Shown here one piece after another: positions 44,535 through 56,300 of a DNA stretch of 64,000 nucleotides. The DNA comes from Picochlorum sp. SENEW3. Taxonomy: Eukaryota. Within the stretch, counting starts at the first letter, position 1; each line of letters opens with the position of its first letter. The position numbers and the translations under genes were made by a program. The notes below the pieces were generated by a model, which was not told where the DNA came from, made no database searches, and saw only the letters and a program-made list of their open reading frames with translations. Location of the stretch: NCBI GenBank assembly GCA_034226945.1, contig CP120456.1, forward strand, positions 558,001-622,000. The letters are read 5' to 3'.

Positions 44535-47500
44535 TTAATGTCTTCTGCGCTTGGCCTTGCGGCCTTTCAATGCACCATCCTTGGCAGCATTGACAACTTT
44601 GTCCAGGCCTTGTTTAGCAGACTTGGTCTTCTGCTCTCTCCTATTCAGCATCTTTCTATCCAAAGGCCAGTACGCATATGGCTGTACGGACCCTTTTCCT
44701 TTGACATCGCCTCCTGTACCTTTCCTTTTGGCTTTGAATCGGTCACCAGAGTGATGAGATCCTTTCTCATTCTTTCTTCCCATGGATGATTTGCCTCCTG
44801 CAGAGCGGACGGTTCCAGCATATGAGCTTGCTTTTGCTATTGATTGAGCTCCTTTCAGGGCCAGTTGGGCCCCGTGGATACCCTTGATATCTTCGATATC
44901 AGAGTCATCAGAGTCAAAGCCGTCGAGAAATTTATCTCTGTCTCTCTTCTTCTCCTTCTTTTCTTCACTAATGATGAGCTTTCCATGCTTGTCTTGGGCA
45001 AATACCACATCGTCTTCCTCCCTTCTTTCTTTTTCAACATACCCAGACCGTCTCACATTCATTCCTACCATTCTTCGAGAAGTGGACGCATCTAAAAGAT
45101 TCAGGACATCTTGTGACTCTGAAATTGAGACATTTCTTGCCTTTGCTGGTTCACTCTTGAAGCTCACTTTCGAAGACTTCTTTTTCTCGACCCCAAAAAG
45201 GCTCTTTGCTCTATTTGTCTTCTTTCCAAAAGAATCGTCTGAGAATACATCACTCTGCCACGCACTAGGACCATTTGAAGCATTGCCCTTGGAGCGACCT
45301 CCTCTACTGTGCAATGTGTCAGCAAAAGATTGCCCATCCCAGTCCATTTCGGATTGTGCACTCTTCAATCTATCCTTTCTACTCATTTGTTTTCGAATGT
45401 GGGTGAGCAATGATTTGTGAGATTCTGGTATACACGCTGCTAGTGGCTCAAATCCAACCTTCTTTGCCAGTCGCTCGAGGATTACTCTCACTTTCAATCT
45501 AAATTTATTCTTTGAATCTTCTGCCCAAAGAAGAGTTCCTTCTAAAATCTGAGGAGTATAATTGAGCAATGTCTGAGAATCTAACCTCATTACTGCAACT
45601 TTTAGAAAGCCAAGAACAGATTTGATAACTTCCCGAGCTTTTGATCTGAGAAGCATGATAACTGCTGGTAACAATTCATCCATCATTGGCATCATGATTG
45701 GTGTGAATTCAAAAAGAATTCGAGCGAGCGCCATCACAGAAGCAGAGACCATTTGAGATGTGCTTCCAACTAGACCTCCTAAAACCAAATGAACCAAGGA
45801 TACAACTCCACCTTGTGGATCTTTCTCATTCATTGCATTAGCAACCTCAATGATGAGTTCAAACGCAGCTGCTCTCGTCTTTTTGTTGGATTCTTTGATG
45901 CTGAGAACGATTTCTGATACCATTGGCATGATAATTACGCGTACTGTGTCCATTGTAGGCATTTCAGTGCCTTCCGCATTAATAAACGGAATCTTGGACA
46001 AGTCTACATTGCTCCCTTTGTCACCTAACAAGTGAAGAATGATCGATTTCAAGCAGCGTATACGGAACGCACGAGAAGCAGATATTGCTGTAGCCCCTCC
46101 CTCAAGAACATTTTGAATTATAGTTTCAAATTCAGTGCCACAAAAGTCTGATCTGTCAGCTACAATGTAGTGCAAGATCTTGTATGCCTTCTTCTGAACA
46201 GCTGGATCTTTTTCTTGCATGCCATTCAAAACTAATTGATAGACTAATTTAAGGCCACTGACGTCAATGCCACCTAGTAAAGCATAAATGGCTTCGAGGT
46301 ATGTGCAGTAGCGCTCGATGTCCGTATCACCTCCATCAAGGACAGCATCTTTGCCCAACTCTCCAGTTTTGATTTGGTTTGCAATCTTCATCAATCTCGT
46401 CATGGCAGACTTGAACACAGCATTCACTATATTTTCATCACAAAGACAAGCAAAAGATGAAATCGCGCATTGAAGATGATTTCTTTTTGAAGAATGTGTA
46501 TTGACAAAGGCATTGAGCAAAAGAGGCATCCATATTTTTGATTGCATTTTGAGCGCCTTGAGTCTTTTCTCGCCATAATCAGATGTGGATCTATTTATGT
46601 AGGTAGAATCGTCATCAAAATCATCATCCATATCATCTTTATCTTCAAAATCACTGCGTGTGCAAGGATCAGGAAAGCCACTCCACAAATCATAATGCGA
46701 TAGAATTCTCCTGGTCTGCCCACAAATACTTTGAATGGCCTGGCTTGTGTACAATCTCAAGTCATTGCGCTTCTCAAAATAGGGGCCAACAGTCTTCGTC
46801 AATTCCCTACATGAAAATACAAAATCATTACTCAGCTTGACATAAACATACCAGAGATGCAGTCAGATGAACAGCCTCAGTGGTAGTGACAACTTTGACA
46901 TAATCCTCATAACAGATCTCTCTGTTTGGATCTCAACAACGAATAAGCAAAGTGTTTCGTCATTGGCCATATTTTAATATTCATTCATACCCATAATACG
47001 TACGGCAAAATCTCATCGACATCCTCAGCCCAACTTGAAAATGATGGCAGCGTGCTCCAGAGCTGTAATTCCAAAGCGTATAATGTGCTAACCTGTCTTG
47101 AATGAGGAGAATCCTTTGCAGCATTCAATCGCCGGGATTCAATTCTTGAAATCAAAGGCCGAATTTCTGACAACCAAAATGCGATTCGGCCTCCCTTCAT
47201 ATGCAGTTTCAGCAAAGGTATCATCCATGTCCTGCCCTCAGTCTGCCCATCCAAAGCATCTTCAAGGTCTAGAGGTAAATGGTCAAGAACAATTTCTGGT
47301 CCTAGACTCCTGATACAGATTCCCAATGTATTTTGAGCTATTTCAGCTATCCGAGCACTCTCTCCAGATTCTCCTGCTGCGACATCTTCGACTCCAGCAC
47401 ACAGCTCACCAATCTTTTCTAGCAAACCTGATGCAAGCACAGATCCTGTTCTGCCCAATTTTGGTATCAACTGCTGAGTGATTGAAAGGGAGAGTTCCCA

Positions 47501-48799
47501 CGAGTCATAATATTGCACCCCAAAAGAGCTCTCAATCGCAGTGATAAGGCTCACAAGAGGAGCACGCTGCTGCCTTGCATTATCCAGGGCCTCCTTGATG
47601 AGCGCATCCGTCACAGTTTCCCTAATAATACTCTCCATGGATCGAGCTGCACTCCTGGCAACTCCCTCAGCCTGAGAGGCCAACTGAGGAACAAGAATAT
47701 GCATTACTTTTGACAGTAGAGAGCCCAAATCCCCGCCTTTTTGATGAATATGTACTGTCAAACTCTCCAACAATTGAATAGCTGACATTTCCAGGGTAGC
47801 ATCTGATGAATTCCACAAAGCATTGATGGATAATAACGCTTGCAAGAGTTTAACCAAAACTTTCACATGAATTCCTGAACTAGGAGCATTGCAAAATGCA
47901 AGTAGGATCTCTGTCGCTGATGATGCTAACAGCGCCTGCTGCAAATGATACAGAGACAAAACCCTGCTGCACAACTGTTGTGCACAAGACTCTGAAAGAA
48001 GGTGGACAATCTGCTTCAGTGTACCCATCAATCTGAGAGCGTTTGACACTGCCGCTCTAATATCATCCTCGGCTTTTTTCCTCTGCTTGTTTGATGCTTT
48101 TGCAGCAGCATGTGCAGTATGCTCCGGACCTGACAATACCTGAGTACTCAACTCCAGCACATCCCCGCTTGCTTGATCCAGCATTCCAACACATGCGTCA
48201 TTCTGAAACGCAGCAAAGATCTCGACGACGGCAGATTGAGCCTTTTTCCTCACCTTGGGATGCTGATCCAGGAGATGAGACAAAACCAATCTGAACACAG
48301 GAGTCATGGCAGTCCAATCTCGAGGTCCAGATGCTGCAACAAACTGTCCTAAACACGGAATGGCTGTCTTCAACACCATTGGATCTTTGTTCACTTTCTC
48401 AATAATACCCATGACTAATGCTGCACATTCAACACATTTGGAACGGAGAACAGGCATTGGCACACGTGCCACAACCAATGACAATGCATGGCAGCATGCT
48501 GCTGATGCAACCACATTCTCTTGTCCCTGATCACTCCCCATAAAGCTCATCAAAGACGCAAACACAGCAGTGGCAGAAGGACTGATACCCTCTTGCTTCA
48601 AGGTTTCCAACACAGCCTCCAACACAAAGCACAAGTACTTGCTCTCTTCCTGAGTACTCCGTCGATGCTTCTTCAGAATCTCATCCACCACATTCTCTCG
48701 ACCACGATCATCATACCCATAGTCACCCCGAATCTCGCCCCCTTTGTCCTCCAGAGACGGCAACAGTGACGTCCTAAGATCAACACTCAAATTCTCCAT
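44535..48799 (-). CDS. RRP12: RRP12 (NUC173/HEAT-repeat) ribosome biogenesis protein; intron 46808-47003
   Basis: HPKVRKKAQ, RTWMIPLLK, QLWSTLPSF, VQKKAYK, REVIKSVLGFLK and GGDVKGK...PYAYWPLD. The splice gives ILP/ELTK in frame. Confidence 0.93.
46873..46968 (-). ncRNA. Intronic box C/D snoRNA predicted to guide 2'-O-methylation of 18S rRNA (GGUAmGUGAC)
   Basis: Minus strand: stem GGCC, box C ATGACGA (46963-46957), D'-like TTGA, C'-like ATGAGGA, guide TTGTCACTACC (46892-46882), box D CTGA (46880-46877), stem GGCT. Confidence 0.8.
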
Positions 48800-49002
48800 A
48801 GGTTCCTGAATCTACTCTTTCCAGGTCCCAGACAAGAGAAACAATTATATCGTATACGTAAATACGAAATTCGCAGCACAGAATTAAAACTTAATGCGTG
48901 GGTACCATGTGCCATGCGGCATGCAATTCGAATACAAAAAGGGACTCAATTCACCCACAAAGGCCGAATATCATACTCTAATAAAATTATTAAACGTTAT
49001 AA

Positions 49003-49507
49003 TCAAAAAGATAAGTCATCCTGGTGCTCCTTTTTCCTCTCCACAGAAGACTTGGATGCTCTCATGATGGTGGTGTACTTTGATCGAATAGCATCCATTT
49101 TATCCTGCAGTGTCTCATCCTACAGCATAGACGTATCATCATTCATTCCATAGATATCATAGATGCGTGTAAAAGCAAAGACAGCAGTGCAGTCATCGTA
49201 CGTGAGGAGAACCCAAAGGAAACTCTTCCAGCATGGCATGCAGTGACTCTACCAGCCTACTCACTTTTGCTGACCGAATATCCATACGTCTCCACACGAG
49301 TACATGTCCAGCATACATGCCAATCTCATAACCTATCTCAAACCCTTTTTGCAGCCCCATAACACGACCTTCATCCCTTCCAAGCATCCTTCCCTCTCTG
49401 TATCCATCTTCAAAACCTTCTTGGTAGTGCTCCTCTTCCAATGTGAGACATGAATCTAGCACATCTTTGCTTTCTAATACTCTATTCTCATTTCCACGTG
49501 AATCCAT
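49003..49507 (-). CDS. LTO1: LTO1/ORAOV1 (Yae1_N domain) Fe-S maturation adaptor; one intron
   Basis: LEEEHYQEGFEDGYREG...GLQKGFEIGYEIG deca-GX3 motif; second exon DETLQDKMDAIRSKY...DLSF. Confidence 0.85.
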
Positions 49508-49624
49508 CGGTGTAGACGTGTCCAAGTATGACATGCACATGCAACCCTACGTTCGATTTTCAGAAGAATACATTCATTATAGAGTATTGACATAGTATAT
49601 TTCATTTTTTAATCTTTAATCAAG

Positions 49625-50263
49625 TCAGAATTGTGCAAAGCACCGAGTGCATTCTCCAGCACAGTCTCCTTGGCAATCAGTTGTGGCCCCGAGGACCTTT
49701 GGTTTCCTCACAATAGATTTGGTTAATGCCTTTCCTTTGAGGAAGTAATTCTTCTTTAATTTGCCTACATTCGCTTCCATCAGAGTCTGGTCAACCTTGA
49801 GAACTTCTGGAAACTTTTCCAGAACCTTCACTTTGTCTGCATTGGAATCCATGCCAAGATTGATGGTGAGATACTCTAGGCAGGCGTGTACTGCTTGCGC
49901 GGATGGTGGTTCTCGAACAAGCTCTTGCCTCCAATACGCCTGACTACCCCATCCAAAACCTCGCACCATTGCCTTCTCAGCACTATCTTTTGTCATACCG
50001 ATATCCACCAAAATATCGATGCACTCGCTCCATGCTGGGACGTCTTGTGTGGACAGTCCTTCCGGGCCACATGATGACGTACATGAGCAGGATGGTCGAT
50101 GCGTTATTCGCACCGATGGCGCATTCATTCGTCTTAATCTCCAATCTAATGTTCCTGAGACGGCGTTGTGATGCTTGATTGAAACAGGAAGCCCTGGTGT
50201 GTTCCTAGTGGTGGTCCAAGGCTGAGGAGAACACCTTACCCCATGTGCATTAAGCGCTCCCAT
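49625..50263 (-). CDS. Probable plastid protein with mTERF-like repeats and a C-terminal Cys4 motif
   Basis: Transit-like N-terminus, KFPEVL and RKPKVLG repeats, C-terminus DCQGDCAGECTRCFAQF. Confidence 0.65.
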   Translation of the reverse strand: MGALNAHGVRCSPQPWTTTRNTPGLPVSIKHHNAVSGTLDWRLRRMNAPSVRITHRPSCSCTSSCGPEGLSTQDVPAWSECIDILVDIGMTKDSAEKAMVRGFGWGSQAYWRQELVREPPSAQAVHACLEYLTINLGMDSNADKVKVLEKFPEVLKVDQTLMEANVGKLKKNYFLKGKALTKSIVRKPKVLGATTDCQGDCAGECTRCFAQF

Positions 50264-50399
50264 TGTGAGCTACTCGTGTTTATTCGAGGGCCGGTAATAG
50301 GCTTCCAAACTTTTTCACGATGTCGCTCCCTCGGCTCCCCTGGCGCGTATTAAATTCCCTCGCACCCCTAAATCAATGTAATATTGTATTAAGGTGTCG

Positions 50400-53300
50400 C
50401 TCGAGTCGCTGGAACGTGAAAATGGTCAGAATCGCGCGAAAACGTCGCGAAAAACACGAAATCTGCGGGGGAGTAGTGTAACCTCAGCCCTGCTCGACCA
50501 CAAAATCGGAAAGAAAATGAAAAATTAAAACTTTTAGTAGCGTGGAATATCCCTGTAAGTGTTCCGTTTTGCTGCACGAGTGCGATGAAGACAATGGAGG
50601 AGCAATAACTTTGTCGATACGGCCAACAGAGACCTTTAAAAGATTTAATAAACGATATTATTCGGAGATCTGGGTCGTATAAGGAAGGGAATTGTGAGAT
50701 ACTGGCGAGATGTGGTGACTTGGACGAAAATCGAATTGTATTACCTCGAACCACGGGCCCCGTTGACACTTGAAATGGGTCCTAGAAAGTACAAGGAATA
50801 TTTTGGGAGAAAATATGGACAAAATGGACCAATGACGAGGAAGATATTGCGACTAATGTTCGCGATAGTCGACCTTGACCTCAAGGGTTGACTGGACACT
50901 ACCTAGGTGGCCTGGTGACAGGGTAGTCAACGTGCTATGATGTCCTGAGTGACCATGGTTTTATCCATAAAATGACCATGTTGACTGCTATCAGTATGTA
51001 ATACTTAGAATATTCACGAAAAAAAAAGATTGAACCTTCAAGAACCTTTAACAACATTGGTCATGTGTAACCCTAAACATGTAGAAGATCAGGACTTTAC
51101 AGTAAACTACAGGACCGAACGACGCATACGAAGAGGTGCAGAATCGATGGAGACAGTAACAGAAGACCAATGTTTTACTGTTCGGTCTGAAAGACCCAGA
51201 AGGCGTGCCACCAGGAAGACACACCTGCAAAATGGAGACTTCTTGCTCTTCGATGATGACGCTGGTGTGGATGACCCTTTGACTCAATCTTCCAAGAGGA
51301 CGGGGCGATGGAAATGTCAGACGATAGTCATGGAAAGGTTAATATCCGTTCTTCTTCTTCTCGGCCGAGGGAAAAACCACGCCAACGCCCAAGAGATGCA
51401 AAGGATGCAGACTATTGTCTTGAAAACGAGGAACTGGACAATTTGTCGGACGACCAAACTAAAGGTTTGAAAGTCATGTCACACCAAAAGGATGGAGCGT
51501 GTCGCAAGTACGTGCCTTTCCCATGTGTTGTTCTTGACAGTGATGTAACAGGAAACATTGAATGACCAGTTCACACCTTACTGATTGTAGAGGCAATACT
51601 GTTCTCCTGACAACGGCTCGACAAAAGCGACGAAAGGCCTATGAAAAGGATAAGGACTTTAAAGTTCGAAGTTATATTCGCAAGCAATGTGAGCAACGAA
51701 ACGCAACTGTCAACGAGCAACCTGAACCTCAACTTTGCAAGGAACATGGTGATACCTTGGCCAAGCACAAGGGTGCCTGTACGGAATCAAATGGCTTGAT
51801 AAACGACACTGCGGAAAAGATGGTCGATCCCGACGACGAAACTGAAAGTATGAACGTCAGGTCACAGGAGAAAGATGAAGCATATGTGAATGAAATTAAG
51901 GGTGGCTGGACATGTGTTGAGAACATCCCATTCTCCACCTTCACTCGCGTCTCTGAGATTGATCTGTACGAGAAAATGGCCCAGAAATGCGAGGAATGGA
52001 ATAAACTATGCCAACAAACGTTCACGGAGATGATTCGTTGTTGCATCTGTGGGGTGTGTGAGCTTGGGAGTGTCAGGAAATCCACCTTTGAATACATTGT
52101 AGCTCACCCTGAATTAATGGTTGGTGGTGATGTGCCCAGCCGCGCCCACAACCCTGGATTGCCTGGAAAGTACGTAACTACAACGGATGGCGTTACGGAA
52201 ATGTGGAAGGTGTGTAAGGACTGCAAGAAAGACCCCCAAGAAGGGTTTGACTTTTGTGTGGACTTTGGTCTTCAGTCTGGGGAGTACCTGGAATGGATCA
52301 TGGCAAGTGACATAGAGGAGCGACAGGCATTGCAGTGCGTAGACGTAGGGTATCAGATCAGCAAAGCGAGGCCTACGGATACTGGCTACACTGGTCAGGC
52401 CCATGGGTTTGCCATGTTCATGGCCCCCATCATCCGTGCTGTTGGCTCAGTTTATCAAAAAACTGACGACTCCGAGCCGATTCAATCATGCGATACCTTG
52501 CTTTATACGCCTTGGATGAAGAATAGGCTGAAGAAGTCCAGCCAAAAACTGTTGATTTACAACCTCTCTACGAACAGGATCTACCACAACCTTCGGTGCA
52601 TGGCAGAAATCCCTGATTTCAACGGAAATTCCTTCTTGTCCCATGACATCGTGCAAGAAATTCTGGAATTGGCCAGGAACAAAGACCCGCTGATAACCAG
52701 GGTGGATAATCAACACGCAGAAGCAGCGTTAGAGGACAGTGAAGCCTTGGTGGGCGAAGGACAAAAGGATAAAAATGAAGAGGGTGTCACACAGACAGAC
52801 ATGTGCAGGACCAAAGACAAGGACCCTGTTGAGGATTTGGAAGAGGAAGCAGTGGACAACACTGCTGATGACGCACCACGGCAGAACATGATTGTGTTGC
52901 CTGTGGATCCGCCATACAAGTCTGTGTTGACAAATGATACCCTGCTGTCTGTTGGGCACGTGTATCCTCGTGAAGGAACTAGCAAGGAAATTTTCCTGAG
53001 TAGACCTCAAGGCGAATCCAGTTTGGAAATAGACGGTCAAGTGGTAACTCTAGAGTCCACCCTGTTTCCATATCTGTTCCCAGAGGGAAAGGGCTGCTAC
53101 ACCCCTGCTGAGGGTAGCAGAAAAACTTCACTGTCCGACTTTCAGAATTACATGAAACGCAGGATGTCAACCTTATTCTCGCCTTTCACTATGATTCAAG
53201 AATATATCTTGATGATGTACCAGATTGTCAGAGTAATGTTGTGTACAACCTCTGGTCAAAAGCATACCCTAAAATCAGCGTACGACAAGCGACTCAAGAA

Positions 53301-56300
53301 GTATCCAAGAGAATCAGAGCACGATCGGATCAAAAATTTGGTGACGTACGTGATGCCCAAGAGCGTCCCATACAGTCCTTCATGGTGGCGTCACAAACTG
53401 AACGACCTAATTGCCATCACCAGGGACATGGGGCTCCCTCATTACTTCCTCACCCTCACAGTTGACAACACGAGCGAGCTGCGTTGGGACGAATATAACA
53501 GTATGGAATCTATTTTAGGTCAAATGAATAGGAAATATCGTAAAAAGGGCAAGAAACACCTGAACCTTGGGATAGCTAATGCTCAGGCTGAAGCGGCTGC
53601 TCTATTCCACACCAGGGTTTCAAACTTCATGGACATGTTCATTCTGGAGGGGCATAAGACGCTTGGGGAGATCACGCACCACGTGGTTCGGTACGAAATG
53701 CAGGGCAGGCAAGCTCTTCACGCCCATATTTTGCTGTGGTCGAATCCAGAAGATGTCAAGGTGCATGAACAGGAAATCACCAGAGACATTTTAATGGAAC
53801 TAAACGCCAGCGGCGACTGGGTGTCGCCCGACCCCCACAAAACCCCATCAAGTACAGACTACATTGTTTATTGCAAAGAAAGAACCGCCACACATGTAGG
53901 CCTTCCGTTTGTGGCAAGAAACGTCCATGCAAATTAGGATATCCATACGACATTTACAATGGTCCAACCATGTATGACGAGCATCGCAAGGAGTACTTGT
54001 ACAAATGTCCAAACTACCACAGTAGAAATGTTGTTTCGTATCATCCAGAAGTACGTGTTATTATGTGGCGTTTCTTGAGCATTGCGTCCGTATGCATATA
54101 TGAACAACACTGGTCATTGATTGCTGCAGTTGATGCTGGCTTGGAATGCCCACATGTGCCTGAAGCGCGTGACACATGCTGATTTCTCGTACTATTTGCT
54201 AAAGTATACATTGAAATCAGAGCCCACAGGTCAGTTGTCGTTGAACAAAGAGGTTGAATCGCAAATGAACATGACCAACCTCGATGCTGGAGTTGTCAAG
54301 GTTGTCAATGCAATGACTCAATCACAGCCTGTGAGTGAAGTCGAAGCAGCTCTTCAGATGATGCGCGTGCCCATCGTGTACATGCACATCAAGTATGACA
54401 ATAACGTTGTGGACAAGTCTCCAGTCCAATTCCTAATGTCAACACCGCCAGATTTGCGCAAGGCCACTGTGGGCATGGCACGCGGTACAATTACGTCACA
54501 TATGGATTATTACGAGAATAGGCCGGACGACACCTTGATCAACCGCATGTCGTACATGAAGTATCACCGCAACTGCTATTTTCCAGGGAAGCTCCTCACT
54601 TCTGACAGAAAACAAAGCAAGTATGTGGGCACTGACATGAAAGGACGCCATGTGTACTACCGTGATCACAGAAAAATCGTGCGCATAGCCAACTATTGGC
54701 CAAGCAACGATCCGGAAAATTTCTTTTACACGGTTATTTTATCCAAGGTTGCTTTTCGACTGGAAGGAAGTCTCAGGAACAACGACAGCGAGACATACTA
54801 TGAACACTGCCAGCTGGCTGGACTTGTGGAACCTCTGGATCGTGTCAAGCAGGGTCATTGCTCCAAACTTGAGGCAGTGCTACAGGAATATTACACGGAC
54901 CACTTTACCAAAAAGTACTGTATTGAGTCGACCATCGACGAAATTCTGGAGTATTACGATACCAGGAAGCACAAGACGGAGGTAACAGCAAAGGTCAACG
55001 CTTCCCTAGTCGATCAGTTCAATTCCAAACACTTGGTCATCGAAGGCCTCCCCGAGTTGAATTCAGATCAGGCAAAGGTATTTTCAAAACTAGCACGGGA
55101 AAACTTTGTGGGCCTACACGTCATCAAAGGGCCAGCTGGCACGGGCAAGTCTGTCCTCATTCGACACATTGTCCGCCACTGTACAAATGTATTACATCGA
55201 CACGTCCTGGTGACTGCCACGTCTGGCACGGCTGCGTCTCGGCTTCCCGGAGGAAAAACGCTTCATTCAGCGCTGAGCATGGGACAGGGCAACAAAACAA
55301 GCATCCTGAGCACGGTCTTCAGGCCAGGCACTTCACAGTATGCTGAATGCAAAAAATCTTCTGTCCTCATCATTGATGAGGCATTCATGCTGTCGGCAGA
55401 CTTTCTGCTGACGGCAATCAGCAAGTATGCGTCCACAGACGACATTTCATATGTGGAGGATATTTTTTCTCTAAAGGGCGTCATCTTGGTCGGGGATGAT
55501 AATCAGCTGCCTCCAGTGTGCCAGCACAAACCCAAGGACCACTCCAAGGGCCAGGGAGGCCTGAAACCACCGTGCATGCGCTGTTTAACAAAAAATTGCA
55601 TCCTCTTTAAGCATGCAATGCAGTACGAATTAACTGTTCCTGAGAGACAGAAAGGCGACCCCGAGTTTCGGGCCTTCATCCAAAGCCTTCACCAGCAAAT
55701 TCCGACACAAGACGAGATCCAGCGCGTGCTGGGCGAGCATGTCCTCCTTCCGAGTAGTGACAAAAATTCTCCGAATTACAAAAGGGAATGTGAGGACCTG
55801 TGGCTAGAGTTTCTGTCCCAGGAAAATGCTGTTTCATTGCATGCCCACAGAGAAACCACTGCCATGTTCAACAACATGTGGCTGGACAGGTATTTAGGAC
55901 AGGAAAAAAAGGTCAAAATTTCTCCTATGACAAACTACGATGATATATATGCCATCGATCCTGTGGCTGCAAAGGAAATGCATTCATGGTACTACGACAA
56001 GAAATTCCATGAGCTTGCTGTTATTGCTGTGGGGTGCCCGGTCGTTTCGCTCACCAACAAGCATTACAAGGGCACGTATCTGACCAACGGCAGTATTGGC
56101 GTTGTCCAAGCAATCTATTATGATTCAAAGTTTACAACAGCCCAAAATGATGAACCAGTTGTCAAAAGGATCGACGTTTTGATGGATGGGTGTGAGACAG
56201 CGGTTCCAGTATACCGTACAACAAACACCACCGTCCACAATGGGCATACGTGCAAGAGAAAGAATTTCCCGCTGTTGTTGGGTAAATCAATGACCATTCA

